Assembly: GCA_046563655.1 (NCBI GenBank) | Contig: CM102288.1 | Span: 186,001-250,000, forward strand | DNA length: 64,000 nucleotides | Direction: 5' to 3' | Origin: Yuukianura sp. NJ FZ-2021 | Lineage: Eukaryota | In this document: positions 1 to 12,266 of the stretch, piece by piece | How positions within the stretch are numbered: the first letter of the stretch is position 1 | Layout of the letters: every line of letters begins with the position of its first letter | Translations under genes and position numbers: made by a program | The notes under the pieces: generated by a model | Databases searched by the model: none | Told to the model about the DNA's origin: nothing | The model's input: only the letters and a program-made list of their open reading frames with translations

Positions 1-128
1 TCCGACAACGGAAAAAACCCGGCAATATTCAGTTTCGGTTTTTGCTTTCCTCCAGTCAAGGTCAATGCTCCCAGGAGCATCGTTAGCACAGCTACTGAAA
101 AGACGGTTCCACTCCTCCAGCACCCCAT
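1..128 (-). CDS. 5' end (truncated by window) of a signal-peptide protein, possibly a class C GPCR / ANF-receptor-domain protein (GABA-B-like)
   Basis: Manual translation from ATG 128: MGCWRSGTVFSVAVLTMLLGALTLTGGKQKPKLNIAGFFSVVG. This is a hydrophobic signal followed by LNIAGFF, resembling the first strand of Venus-flytrap/ANF domains. A splice acceptor lies at about 151-152, upstream of the ATG. Only 42 codons are visible. Confidence 0.4.
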   Translation of the reverse strand, partial: MGCWRSGTVFSVAVLTMLLGALTLTGGKQKPKLNIAGFFPLS

Positions 129-829
129 TGCTACCCACCAACACCCCGCCCTAAAGGCAAAGGTCAAAGGTCACTGACCTCTACACTCTGCACAAGAGCA
201 GTTCCGAACAGTGTGAAGAACTGGATCAAACTGGATACTTTGGAGGTGGAAAGTGAAAGTGTTTTTGAAAATCAATAGAGCATGGGGCCTGGAAGGAGGC
301 GCGGTTTTGGAACTCTGGAAGGAAGCTGCTCCTGGATTTCCAACTTCCATATCTTCACTTTCCGAAAAGTTTCACTTTCAGTACGCAGGTTGAAATGATA
401 TTGATTCAGTGTATTGTTGTTCCAGTAACTTGGTTTAAGCTTCACCCCCCCCCCCCCTTCCCTTGAAAGGGGCGGGGCTTAAACCAATTAAGGAAGACAA
501 AGGAAGCTCCTAGCGGCAACGGAACTTTCACCTTTCAAACTTTCACTTTTGCTTTTCCACTTTTCCAAGCCGAAACTGGACAAAGTTAGAAAAGCTTCTT
601 AAGAAAAATTTCGGAAAAGCCTAATTTTATCCCCCAAAATTCCATTACTTTTTACCAATTTTACCTTGCTAACCTTACAACACTTTTTACCAGGATTGGC
701 AAAAATGTCTGTTAGAAAAAAAATCCTGAAATTTTTTTTTGAAGCACGGACGTTCAAGGAGAAAGTTTTTTGGTTGATTTTATTCAAGTCTTTGGGAAAA
801 TAATTTCAAGAGTAAAAACATAAAAGTTC

Positions 830-2049
830 TCAGCGCATAGAGACTTGAGACTGCGTTTTTTGAAGTTCCTTTTGTTGAGTTATTGAATGCTTAGACTTGT
901 CTTTGATGCTGGCCCTTGAAGGGGTGGGGGTCAAGGGGTCCTTGACCTCTAGGGGCTGACTAAGGTCAGCCTTGGGGTCAGTCCAGTTGAGGGGCACTTC
1001 CACTCTGTTCATTTTGCCTGAGGAAGTCCACCAATGTCGTTTGGTTATGGGGGAATCGGCGATGGGGCGAGCATAGTAAGGGAGGGGGTCAAGGGACGAC
1101 AGAGGGGGGTACTTCCCACCCCCAACAATCTCCATCTCCTTGTACAGCATCTCTGCTGAATCCTCTTCTTCTACGAAGAAAGCAACCACGAAAGCCATGA
1201 ACAAGTGAAGGAAAGTGTTGAAGATGCCCAGTATCTAAAAAGAAGTTAAGGGGTCATTGACCTCTGGGTCACACTAAAGTTGACCTTAAATCAGGGTCAA
1301 TGACTTACAATGACGAATATTTTGGTCCAGGACTCTTGACATGCGTAGGGCCTTCCCGTGAAGAGTTGGATGAAGCCTGATTCCAACTGTGGGAATTTGC
1401 AGGGGTGCCAAGGGACCCTGTCTGAAGGGACCCCTTCATACAGGATTTCAAAATGGCGGTTGTACTGCTCGTTGTTGTGGGCGAAGGACGTCGTGTAGCA
1501 AGCAGTTCCCACCAGAATAACAATGCAACCGAAGAGGTGAAAGTACATGTTCTAGAAGTGAAAAACTAAAAAGGTCAAAGGTCAAGGTCAAAGGTCATTG
1601 AGTTCTTACGATGTTCTTCCGGTAGTAGAGGTATGAGAGGAGGAAGCAGAGGTAGCAGTGAATGAGTGCCACTATGAACATGAATCCCCAAATGGCCAAC
1701 GCTGCTACTTGCGTGTCGTACTCTCGTTCCAGTGCTCGTTCAATGATAATTTGTTCTTCAAAGTTCAACCATTTGGACAACTTGTACTTTTTGTGTAAAA
1801 GCGCCAAGCGATCAGCGCTGTACACGTTTTTATTCCAGCGATAGTCGGCATTTGCACATAAAATTCCGAACAAGAGACAGACGATTTCGATTATCTAAAA
1901 AAACAGCAAAAAAAAGTTTTTGAATTTGTCCTAAAATATTTTGAAATTTTCAAATTTGGAACAAAATGAAAGTTTGTTCAAACATATTTGAACAAGGAAC
2001 TTACAATGGTAGTGAACTGGATAACTTTTGGTTGTTTCGGGTACACCAT
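830..2049 (-). CDS. Four-TM membrane protein (MARVEL/tetraspan-like topology), uncharacterised; 4 exons
   Basis: Exons 2049-2005, 1894-1610, 1551-1309 and 1234-830 join in frame via GT-AG introns (MVYPKQPKVIQFTTI|IIEIVCLLFG...|NMYFHLFG...|ILGIFNTFLHLFMAF...). Four hydrophobic segments, then a Pro/Ser-rich tail. Confidence 0.7.
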
Positions 2050-2159
2050 CTCGGTTTAACGCAGCAGCAGCAGCAGCTTAGTAGTTTCCGTTTTTCTTTT
2101 TTGAATCGTTAAAAAAATGCAGTTTTTAAAAAATTGATTCAAAACGCCCGTTTAAAAAA

Positions 2160-4139
2160 ATGTACAGAAAAGCACTGTTTGTTTTACTCCGTACGTAATT
2201 GACAACAATTTTTTTAAAAAGCAAAGGCGTTCATCAAGGCAACTTTAAATTTTATTTTTTACTAATTTTTAAAATTATATTTATGTTTTTATGGTATATT
2301 TTTGTTTTAGGTGCTCCACTACAAATTGAAGTGAACACGTACATTGTTGAGCTGCTGCATGTTGATGAATTTAACGAAGAGTTCACCCTTGACCTCTTCA
2401 TTCGTGAGTACTGGGTAGAACCACGCTTGACCTTTGTACCCAAACCAAACATCGGATCAACAATACATGTGAAGAAACCAAATTACACATTTTCAAACTT
2501 TGAAATCTAATTTTTTGAAAAATGAAAAACAATTAAAAATTGTGTCCTTAGCTGGATCCTGAACACTCTGCTTTAATCTGGTACGGAGCTCTGGGTGAAC
2601 TAGTAACTGAACTAAAGAGTAAATTATCAATTTGTAAATAAGTGTAAAGATTTGAATGGATTTGATGTTGGCCCTTAAGGGTCCCAGACACGTTTGTGGC
2701 CAATGAACGCAAGGAATCCTACTACGTGGACACCGTCATGCAGGAATGGATCCGAGTCAAATCAGATGGAGAAGTTCGCAGATCAGTCCGGTAAGGCAAA
2801 AATAAGTTTTAACAAAATCCTTTTTCAAAGAAGCAGTTTCGTTTTGAGAATTTTGACTTTTGTTAGTTTGCAATTTTTTGAATTTTGTCAACTTTAGAAG
2901 AACACTCACGGCGGCATGTCCAATGACATTCGTGATGTACCCATTCGACAGACATCTCTGCACTTTGGACATTGAGTCATGTATGACCTTTGACCTTTCA
3001 ATGACCTTTGACCTTGACATGTCAATGTTTTTGAGTAGTTCGGCAGGACAGTGAGAGTGTGCATTATGGATGGCGTGGAGGGTCAATCACGCCTGAACTC
3101 TTTTCCGCTGGAATTGCCTGGAATGCCACGAATGGAACTGTGGTGCCCTTCCGTGTGATGGCACTCCATGCAACGCAACATGAAATTGAATTCTCCAGTG
3201 GTAGGTCAATGACCTTTTAGTCCCAGAGGTCAGAGGTCAAATCTTTTGAATTTCAGGAAATTTTTCCCGTCTTGCTGTGGAAATTACTTTGAGGAAGTTC
3301 TGGGGCGTGTATTTCTCCAAGTACTACGTTCCGCTCTTCCTCTTTCTCTTGATTTCATTTGCAACTCTGTTCATCCGCACGGCTACGTTGAATTTCGCCT
3401 TGAATTTTGTTACTGTAAGTTCTACTTTTTAATAAAGGTCAAAGGTCAACTGAGGTCAATGACCTTTCACTTTCTAGTTGGTGACCTTTCACCTCTTCCT
3501 GCTCATCCCTGACATCGGAGCGAGTGTACCTAGAACAGAGTACTACAAAGCCAACGACATCTACCTCTACATCCACCTCGTCTTTCTCTACGTTTCATTT
3601 CTTGGTAAATTTTGTCAATTTCATAATTCAAAATTTTGAAAAATTCTAAACTTTGAAAACTCAAAAATCGAAATAATTTCAGTGAGTTTGGCAATTCTAA
3701 TTGGAAGGAAGAACCAGGAGCCAGGCTTTGAAGTAATACTAATTTAAAAAAAAGTTTTCGAAAAAAAAAATTGATTGGAAATTTCCAAATTTTTAAATTT
3801 TTCTAAAGTTTCATGAACCGAAGACGTATGTTCGCGTGAGCAAAGATCCAAGTCCAGATGAGAACAGCGGTGGAGACAAGTCAAAATCTCTTCATCACAC
3901 GCAGACGCAAACCACTTTTGAGAGTTCCATCCACAAGATCCTCAAGTAAGATTCAGTTTTTAATTAACTAAGTTTTTAGATTTAATTAATTAATTAACTT
4001 TAGGGTGTGTTCAATGCTGCGTTGGATCCTGACTGTGTCCTACTTTGTATTTCAATTTGTGTTCTGGATGGTCGTGCTCATTTGGGCACAAGCATACCTC
4101 TTGCCCGAAGAACTCGTTCTAGTGGACTACGACTTCTAA
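2160..4139 (+). CDS. Divergent Cys-loop ligand-gated ion channel subunit (anion-channel-like branch)
   Basis: Spliced translation gives FTLDLFIREYWVEPRL, WVPDTF (loop A), Cys-loop CPMTFVMYPFDRHLC, GNFSRL, M1 YFSKYYVPLFLFLLISF, PRTEYYKANDIY before M3, and M4 ending FWMVVLIW...DF*. The putative first exon 2160-2190 (MYRKALFVLL) is less certain. Confidence 0.85.
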
Positions 4140-4416
4140 AGGTCAACGACCCCATGACCTCTTGACCTTTGTATTACTCATGTACATCGTTCTTTTTAAA
4201 GTTAAGTACATGTCCCAACACAATTCTAACAAATTATAGTATTCAAACTAAATCTCACCTAACACACTGCCTTCCGATTCTTATTGAGTGCATTATGTTT
4301 ATTTGTACGCGTTTAAATGTAAATTAAATGTTAATTAAAATTAACCAAGTGAAAAGAACTTTGATTTTTCTCATTTGATTTCTGCAAAGAGAAAAAAACC
4401 CAGTATTGAAAAATTA

Positions 4417-6501
4417 CTACTGAAGATAGTGAATAGACAGCATCGTAATCCAGAACACGAAAACGAAGAGGAGGTATGTAGACAGAAGTGCCCAATGGGA
4501 ATTTCTCCGCACTCTAAAAAAAATACAAAATTACTTTTCACTTTTGAATTTTGAGAAAAGAATTTGACAAAACTCATTTTTTTTTGAAAGTTGAACTGAA
4601 ACTTGTTGTTTACCTGTCCATGAATTTTTGTTTGAGGATGACCCATGTTGAGGGGGAGTGACTATTGTTAGATGTGGTTGGTCCAAGGTCATCCTCCACT
4701 GACCCCCCTCTGTTCAGGGTCGTGGCCAACGAAGGCGGAATGAACTTAATGTCACTTCGGATGTTCAGATCATACGCTCTGCGGCGACGCGCTTTCTAAA
4801 CAACCAAACACAATTTCAAAATTTCAATTTGGCTAACAAAATTTTAGTGTTTTCCAATAGCTCTCACCTCTTCATCATCTTCCTCTTCGCACTTGATGTA
4901 GTACAGCACGTAGACGTTAACTGGAAGTGATAATTATTAGTTAAAATATATTAATTGTAATTATAGTTAATTAATATGTAAAATCGTTTGAGCACTTTAC
5001 CTAGGAGGACCAAGACAATGAAGAGGATAGCTACTGCAGAATTGACGCTCATGGCAGTGGCGTAGTACACTTTCGGAATGTCCAGGCCACTTCCATGAAT
5101 TACCAAAAATATGTTCACGATGATAATCTGAAATTACAAAATTCAAAACTTTCACACTCGAAAATAAATCAGGCAAAAAAATACCCTAAATTACATTTTC
5201 CTAATTTATGCGAATTTTAAAAATTCCAAAATATTGTTTTTTGAAAACATCATCACACCATCACACTTTCTACAGTAGGGCTTTTGGAAAAAGTCAGGAT
5301 CATAATCTCAAACAGAAAAATTTCATAAACTTACGTTCATAAAGTTAACAATGACGCTGATTTTGGGATAGACGAGCCAAAGTGTAAGTAATGAAATGAA
5401 AACAAAGAATGAGATTGGAACGAAGTAGGAACCGAAGTATGCTCCATAATTTCTGCGGCTGTGAACATGGACCACAAAGTTCCTCATTCCTTCTGAAATT
5501 GAAATTTTAACATATATTTAATACATTAATACATTTTACTATTTTAAAACATATATTTAAATATACATTACCATTTACATTACCCGTTTCTTTTGAATCT
5601 TGAATCGACGATGTTATTCTGACAATGGAAAATGGAGACACGAAAATTCTGGATTCAATCTGATGTGGATTTTCGTCCTTACTCAAATTACTTCCGTGGC
5701 CCCACGGTGTAAACTGGACAAAAACTGAAATTTCGAAACTTTTAAAAAGTTTTAAATTTTTGATGACAAATTTTGTCTAACCATTTTTTGATCGTAAATC
5801 AAGAGTGCACCGCTGATGATCAAATGGGTACATGGAAAAGTCCAAGAGGCATCCCATCCTAACTGCTACTCTAAATCCAAAAGTCTTTCTTCAAAATTTT
5901 AAAAATACTTTTCATAATTTCAAAAAAGTACTTACGTGTCTCTTGCAGTATATCGTTGTCCAGTAGCGGAATTTGAATTCCATTTCATCGTTCGTGAAAT
6001 CCTGGTTTCCCTTCCATTGGCCGCATAGACTTGAGGAGGCCAAAGGTCATCGTCATGACCTTTGCTGTTTGACCTCTCTGAAGCGTCATTGGACATGCTC
6101 GGCTCAACTTCTGGGAGAATCCAGGACTGCTCAAGGTCAAATCGCACCCTCACTTCCTAAAAACCAACAATTTACTTAAACATTAATTTTCAATCTAAAT
6201 AAATTATTAATTAAATTAATTTGAATTAACTAAAATCTCACCATTTTGAACGCATCAATTTCCTCTACTTCCACCGACATCAGTCGAATCTCAATTCTCT
6301 TCGATTCGCCCGTTTCTTCAAAATCTACACGAAAATCATAAAATTAAAACTTTTTAATTTCAAAAATCTTTTTATACTTATAATTTTACACTTATTTTTA
6401 CCTGTGGAGGTAGTAGTATCCGTAGCCCAAATTTTCTTAAAATCTCCAATTACTATTAAAAATGCACAGCACAAAACTAAAATGCGATGCTTTCCGTTCA
6501 T
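4417..6501 (-). CDS. Second divergent Cys-loop ligand-gated ion channel subunit, tail-to-tail with the first
   Basis: Signal peptide MNGKHRILVLCCAFLIVIG, then LWPPQVY (loop A-like), Cys-loop CLLDFSMYPFDHQRC, RNYGAYFGSYFVP (pre-M1/M1), IPKVYYATAM before M3, and M4 YLLFVFVFWITMLSIHYLQ*. About 10 exons with GT-AG boundaries. Confidence 0.8.
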
Positions 6502-7953
6502 CTTTCACTTCGTCTCTCACATCATCTGAATCTGAATTGCTACCAAATCTGCCTCTTTTTGTCAAATCGATCTTGGCTAGTCGTAATTGAATTGACAAAT
6601 TGATTCTGCCCACATCACTCGCAACATTAACATAAAGAAAACGCAATCTACTCTATTCCACTTTTCTAAAAATATCAAACTAATTCCCAAAATTGGTTTT
6701 CCAAAAAACGGAAACTTTTAGCCGCTAAACTTTAGCGTCAACAAACCAAGCCCCGGAAACTATTGACAAATCTACTTAAGTTTCCTCCTAAACTTTCCTA
6801 TGCTCAAAATTCGTTTTGTCCAGCAGCAGAAACAGCTATCTTGCCCAATGACGATAAAAATGTAAAGTAAATTCAATTAAGGACAAAATCCTTGGAGTCA
6901 ATTTACTTGTGTGTGGTCAACGCAAGATGCAAGGACTGACCAAGACTGAAAAGCGACTATAAAATTCAAGAGTTGATTCAAATTTAGACGAAGCTGGTCT
7001 TTTCTTTATTCCAAACACAAGTTGTGGACAAAAGAGGAATCAAAGAACGTGACTATTCAACACTAAAACTAATATAAAATTACCTTTCTGCTTCTTCAGC
7101 CACAAAGTAGTCAGAGTAACTTGGTGCGTTGACCTCTGACCGTGTCACTTGGTGGAACATCAAGCGTTGCCCATATAAACTCTTCAATATCATATTTAAC
7201 TCACATTTTTTTAAAAACTAAGGCCTTAACTTACAAAGGAGTCGGAGAAAGTAAAATTAAAGTTATTTAGTCATTTCAAATCCAAACCATCCGGAAAAAT
7301 TAATTTTACGGTAGAAAAAGACGAAAGAAATTAAAAATTAAGTTTCATGGGAAAGCATGCTGTATATTGGTAATACTATATTTTAGTAAACACTAACATT
7401 TATAGACACTTCTTGATTTTTTTAGACATTTAACATTAAACATCCTATTTCGTAATTTTTAGACTTTTTTGAGCTAAATGAAACTAACCTGGTAGGTTAA
7501 GGGAGTCTGGAGACGAAGAAATTAGAAGACAGTTTTCTCCCACAATTTTTCGGAAAATCTGAAATCAAAATCAAGCAAAATTAGAATCTTGTTAGAAAAG
7601 AGTTTTTTCTTAGAGTTCCCTTAAGCATAACGTATCGCTGCAGAAATCCACGACACTTTCGTTTTCTGTTTTCAAATTGTCTAACCTGGACATTTCAATT
7701 TTGGACTGACCACCCCATGATTGATAAATGACTCCATTTTGGAAAAGACACACCCTAAATTTCCCAGCGTTTCAGGCGGAACATGAAGGGATTTTAAAAT
7801 TTAAACTTAACCGAGGAACGTACGTTTTACATGGAGGCCGGAGATGAGCGTTAAGTTTCCAATTAGCACAAGAGTTAACTCACTTTTTAAATTGATTGAC
7901 TTACCTATGAGCCATGCTCTCAACGGTTACCGATCAATTTGAAGACTTTTTTC

Positions 7954-9746
7954 CTAGACTGACCCAGAAGATGCTGGACTTCCCCTTCCCTGTCCATCAT
8001 TGTCACCTTCTTCTGCAAAACTGGAAGAGTCCGGATGCGGCGACGGTTGGCGACGTGCTGGATCGTCTGCTTTTTCAGTCGTGTCCATGTCTTCTGATTC
8101 ATGATTTGTAACTACTGGTTCCTTGTCTTTTTCAGGAGAAACTTCCTTATCTGCAAAGTTAAAAAAAGTGTTACTTTTTTATATAACATTTTATTAATAT
8201 ATTTATACATCCAATCATGGATGTAGATTGTAGAATACTGACCTTTGTCTTTGTCGTTGTTGCGATCACGGTGTCTACGACGCTCCTTACGATCACGATC
8301 ACGGCTCTTGCTCCTTGATCGACGACTTTTTCTGTCACGGCTCCGACTCTTAGACCGACGGTCCTTCCGATCACGACTTCTGCTCCGTGAGCGACGGCTC
8401 TTCCGATCCCGACTTCGGCTTCGAGACGACCGCTTTTTGCTCTTACTCTTGCTCCTGCTTCGAGACCGTTTGGATCGTTTCTTCCTATCCGAACTACGCT
8501 TCCGGTCTCTGAAAAATAAAACTAATCTTGAATCGATTTGAACGACAGTGCATGATAAATTGATTGATTACCTGGACGAATTCCGCTTTCGATCTCGCTC
8601 TTTGTCTTTATCCTTATCCCTGGAACGATCCTTATCCTTATCCTTCTTATCCTTGTCACGGGATCGGGAGCGATGTCGTTTCCTATCTCTGTCTCTGTCA
8701 CGATCAACATCTTTATCGTCACGACTGCGGCGACCACTATCACGTCCTCCACCGCGACGAAAACTGTCGTCCTTTCGTCGGTCGGAAGAAGAACGTTCTT
8801 CTCTTCTGCTGCTCAGTCTCCGCTCACGTTCAAGTTCCACTTGTTCGCGTTCATCCTCATCACGCTTCTGGAGTGCCTTTCGAACGTCTTCCATGCTTTT
8901 GCGCAACATGGCAAATCCAACATGCTGTTTTCCCATTATATGGTCATCAAGGCGATGTTGAGCCTCACCGATTATCAAGTATGATCCACAAACTTCGCAA
9001 ACTTGCATGGCCTTGTCAGGATTCCAGGGATGTGCAATTTCATTTGATCTAAACATTAATAACATCGTTAAAGATTAAACATCGTTAAGATTAATATCAT
9101 AAGGCACAGAGTGTATGAAACTGTACTCACTTTAGCTTTTCCCGTTCCTCCTTAATTTGGTCACAAAGTTTCATGATCCCCTGCGCCTTCTCGACGTCAC
9201 CTTCACATCCTGCTGCTTCAGCTTCTTCCAGAAGAGCATTGATCCTGTCCGTAAGAAGCACAATTTCTTCAGCATTCCTACTCCCCGGTCCAGCATAGAT
9301 TCCACCATCAGCTCCATTAGCAGCAGCTATTCTGTGTTTTCCTCTCTTAATCTTGCCCTCGATGTCGGACAGCATCTTCTCAGCAAATCGCAAGAACTCC
9401 TTCTCAAATTGGGATCTTTTGTAAGATGGAGCTTCCTCCTGGTACTTCTTGCGCAATTGATCATCGTGGAATTTGGAACAAGAACCCAGATCCGCCTTCG
9501 TGTTGACGAACAGTTCATGTGGACAGAAACAGACAAGGTAGTATGGACAAATCTAGAATCAGAAATGATTCTAATTCAACCTAATTGATGTTAATTAATC
9601 TTTCCAATCCAATTGTAAAAATCTATCGTAGCTACCTCTGGATCGTCCCACTGTATTTCCTTTGGAACGTCAGTTGGCAATGCATCGCGATTTCTTCCCA
9701 TGAGTTCATCCAAAATATTGGACATGAAATTTTTAGAAGCCATCAT
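7954..9746 (-). CDS. LUC7L3: Luc7-like protein 3 (U1 snRNP-associated splicing factor, RS domain)
   Basis: LDELMGRNRD N-terminus; zinc finger 1 CPHELFVNTKADLG; zinc finger 2 MQVCEVCGSYLIIGEAQHRLDDHIMGKQHVGF; long RS/RD-rich C-terminus. Exons join in frame; stop TAG at 7954-7956. Confidence 0.9.
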
Positions 9747-10137
9747 TGATAACTTTAGAATTGAAGATGAATTAGAATTAGAGCAAAAGGTGACCACCAC
9801 CGCGTTTCCGCTTGGCACCGGACACACAAAAAGTTAAGCTTCTTCGGTTTCCGGCGTTGGCTACTTCCGGGTCAATCACCAAATCAAAATTCGAAATGTT
9901 TGGAACAGAATCAGGATAGATTTAGTTAATTAACTAAAACCAATTAGCGAAAGTGTGAATAAAATGTAAAATCAAAACGCGAACGCGAAGCGAACCAATG
10001 CAGTCTGCAATCAGTAGCGTATAAGGTAAATGATTGCGAAACAAAAATTATATTTTTTAAATAATAAAAAAAAAATCAAACTTTTTCAAAAGCAGCGCCT
10101 AAATGTGAAATTTGGCAAAAATAGTTCAAAAGAGCTC

Positions 10138-10150
10138 CCACTAGATGGCG
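10138..10150 (+). promoter_or_regulatory. CTCF-like motif CCACTAGATGGCG
   Basis: Close match to the canonical CTCF core, lying between the divergent LUC7L3 promoter and the secreted-gene cluster. Motif match only. Confidence 0.4.
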
Positions 10151-10651
10151 ATATGCAAAGGCGTCTCATTTTTGAATTTTTTTTTGGTTTTCAAGATTTC
10201 GTCACATGCAAACTCAAAAATGAAGATCTCTGTGTCAAAAGGTCAACTTGGAAACCTTGTTAAGTGAATCGATAACTTTGAATGAATGAACAATTTTTGC
10301 TTTTTGGTCACTTTTCTCCTTAGCTATCTCAAAAGCAACTTACCTCTTGCATTTTGCAACAACAAATTTTGTGCAAGTTTTCACTTTTCAGGATTTGCAC
10401 TTAATCTATATCTGTGTCCAAGTCGCTTTCTCCTGAATTTGCACAAAATTTTGATATCAAATCTTTCAATTTTCACGAATTTTGCAAATCTGCTTCATTC
10501 TAAGTTGAACTTTGCCCAATTAATCTTTTTGGACTTCAATTCTCAGGTCACCAACCAGGTATAAATAGACTTTACTTTTTTGGAAATAGAAAGTTTAGTT
10601 TTTTGGAGAAACAGAAATTGTATCCAAAATTTGTTCATTTTGAAGTAAAAA

Positions 10652-11383
10652 ATGAAATTGTTGTTGTTGGTAGCCCTGTGCGTGGCTGCTGCTGCTGCTG
10701 CCGGGTCTTCCCAGGGCAAGAACCAGCAAAATGGTCGCTTCTACTTTTACAAAGTGAGGCCAAGGAATGCCCAGCAACTTGAAGTTCTGGTCCAGGAGCA
10801 CCAAGAATACGTAATGTCACTTCAACTTTAACATTTCCAAAATTTCGAATTTCTGAACTTTTGAAAATTTGAAATTTAAAAATTTTGAAGACTGTATTCT
10901 ATTTCAGGGAGACCATCCACCAGTGTGGGTCAACTCGTTCCGAGCTGGAGAATCCGCCTACTGTTTTGTGGACCAATCAAAAACGAGCTTCTTCGAACGT
11001 CTCCTTCGCCAGAACAAAATTCGGTGGGATTCCAAGGGCCTGTCTCTCGTTGAGTCCATTACTGCCAAGCAACCTAGTGCCGCTCAAGGTGAGTAGAGGT
11101 CAAAGGTCAAATGTCAAATATCAAATGTCAGGTCAGAGGTCAAAGGTCGTTGACTTGTGTTTCAGCTGAACCGAAGAACCCGTCGTGTGACTGTGACTAC
11201 CACTCTGGTGGGTGCATGATCAGTGAGCCACCACCGGAAGGCTATGCTTGCAAGTGTGTGTACAAGGGAGCATGGACTTGCACTGGCTACGCCTTCTCCT
11301 GTGACCCCGGAGTTCAGTGCCCTGCAAACTGCTCATCACTCGAATGCTGCAAAACTGGACGCGGAGACTGCGGCGGATACTAA
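10652..11383 (+). CDS. Secreted protein: signal peptide + M14 carboxypeptidase activation-peptide-like domain + 12-Cys C-terminal domain; 3 exons
   Basis: TATAAA at about 10560. Exons 10652-10810, about 10908-11088 and about 11166-11383: MKLLLLVALCVAAAAAAG...FYFYKVRPRNAQQLEVL...VWVNSFRAGESAYCFVD...CDCDYHSGGC...GDCGGY*. Confidence 0.75.
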
Positions 11384-11903
11384 AATTTCAAAAAATATCA
11401 ATTTTCAAAATCGACTACTATTTCGATTTTTCAAATTTAAATTATTTCAAATCCACTTTCCTCAAATGTCTCCGCTCAATGGCTCAATCCACGATCTTAG
11501 CTACAGCCCGAAAATTAGAAATTTCAGCCTTTCTGCAATAAAATTCTTAAACGACGCCAAAATTTGAAAATTATTTTAAAATGGTAACTGTGGAACAATA
11601 AAATTTAATCTGTACGGAAAAAACATCTTTCAAATTCTTATTTGAAATTGCTTTTTAGACAAAATCTGATTGACCCTGAGCGTTTTATGGTCAATTTCAA
11701 TTCACAGAATTTTTGTGACGTGCAAAGATTCATGTTGATTCATAATTTTTGCAGTTTCAAAGGTTAATTAAGCGCTAATTTAATCTATATTATTTTGAAG
11801 ACGTGATTTGTACTAATTAGAGGGAAAATATAAAAGTCCTGCTACCTTTCTTATTCTTCGCAGTTTTCAAAAAAAAATAATTGAAATTACACTTTTTACC
11901 ACG

Positions 11904-12266
11904 ATGAACAAAAATTTATTTTTGGTTTTCGTTACACTACTCTTCGTAGTGATTGTGTGTTGCTCTATCGCTGAAGTGGAGTCACGATGCGGTGAGAATC
12001 TCATTGAAAAAATAATTTAAAAAAATTATTAATGTAAATACATTTAATTCTTTGCTTAAAAAAATTAAAGCACGGCCTGGGAGATTCTGTATCAATCGCT
12101 TTTGTAACCTCTGCTGCGGAAACACACGTAAATTTATACTACAATTAATTAATTTATTATTAATTTTTAATGATTAATTTATATTATAAAATATTTAATT
12201 CATTGAAATTCATTTAATTCAGGAGGCTTCCCTTGTCTCAACGCCTTACGGAGACGCTGTTGCTAA
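11904..12266 (+). CDS. Small secreted cationic 8-Cys peptide precursor (62 aa), antimicrobial/knottin-like; 3 exons
   Basis: TATAAAA at about 11829. Exons 11904-11991, 12071-12127 and 12223-12266 (189 nt, two phase-1 GT-AG introns) give MNKNLFLVFVTLLFVVIVCCSIAEVES-RCARPGRFCINRFCNLCCGNTRGFPCLNALRRRCC*. AATAAA about 20 nt after the stop. Not in the ORF track. Confidence 0.8.

Noticed and set aside
8245..9052. Plus-strand Ser/Arg/Leu-rich ORFs (98-162 aa)
   Set aside because: Antisense shadows of the repetitive RS/RD domain of LUC7L3.
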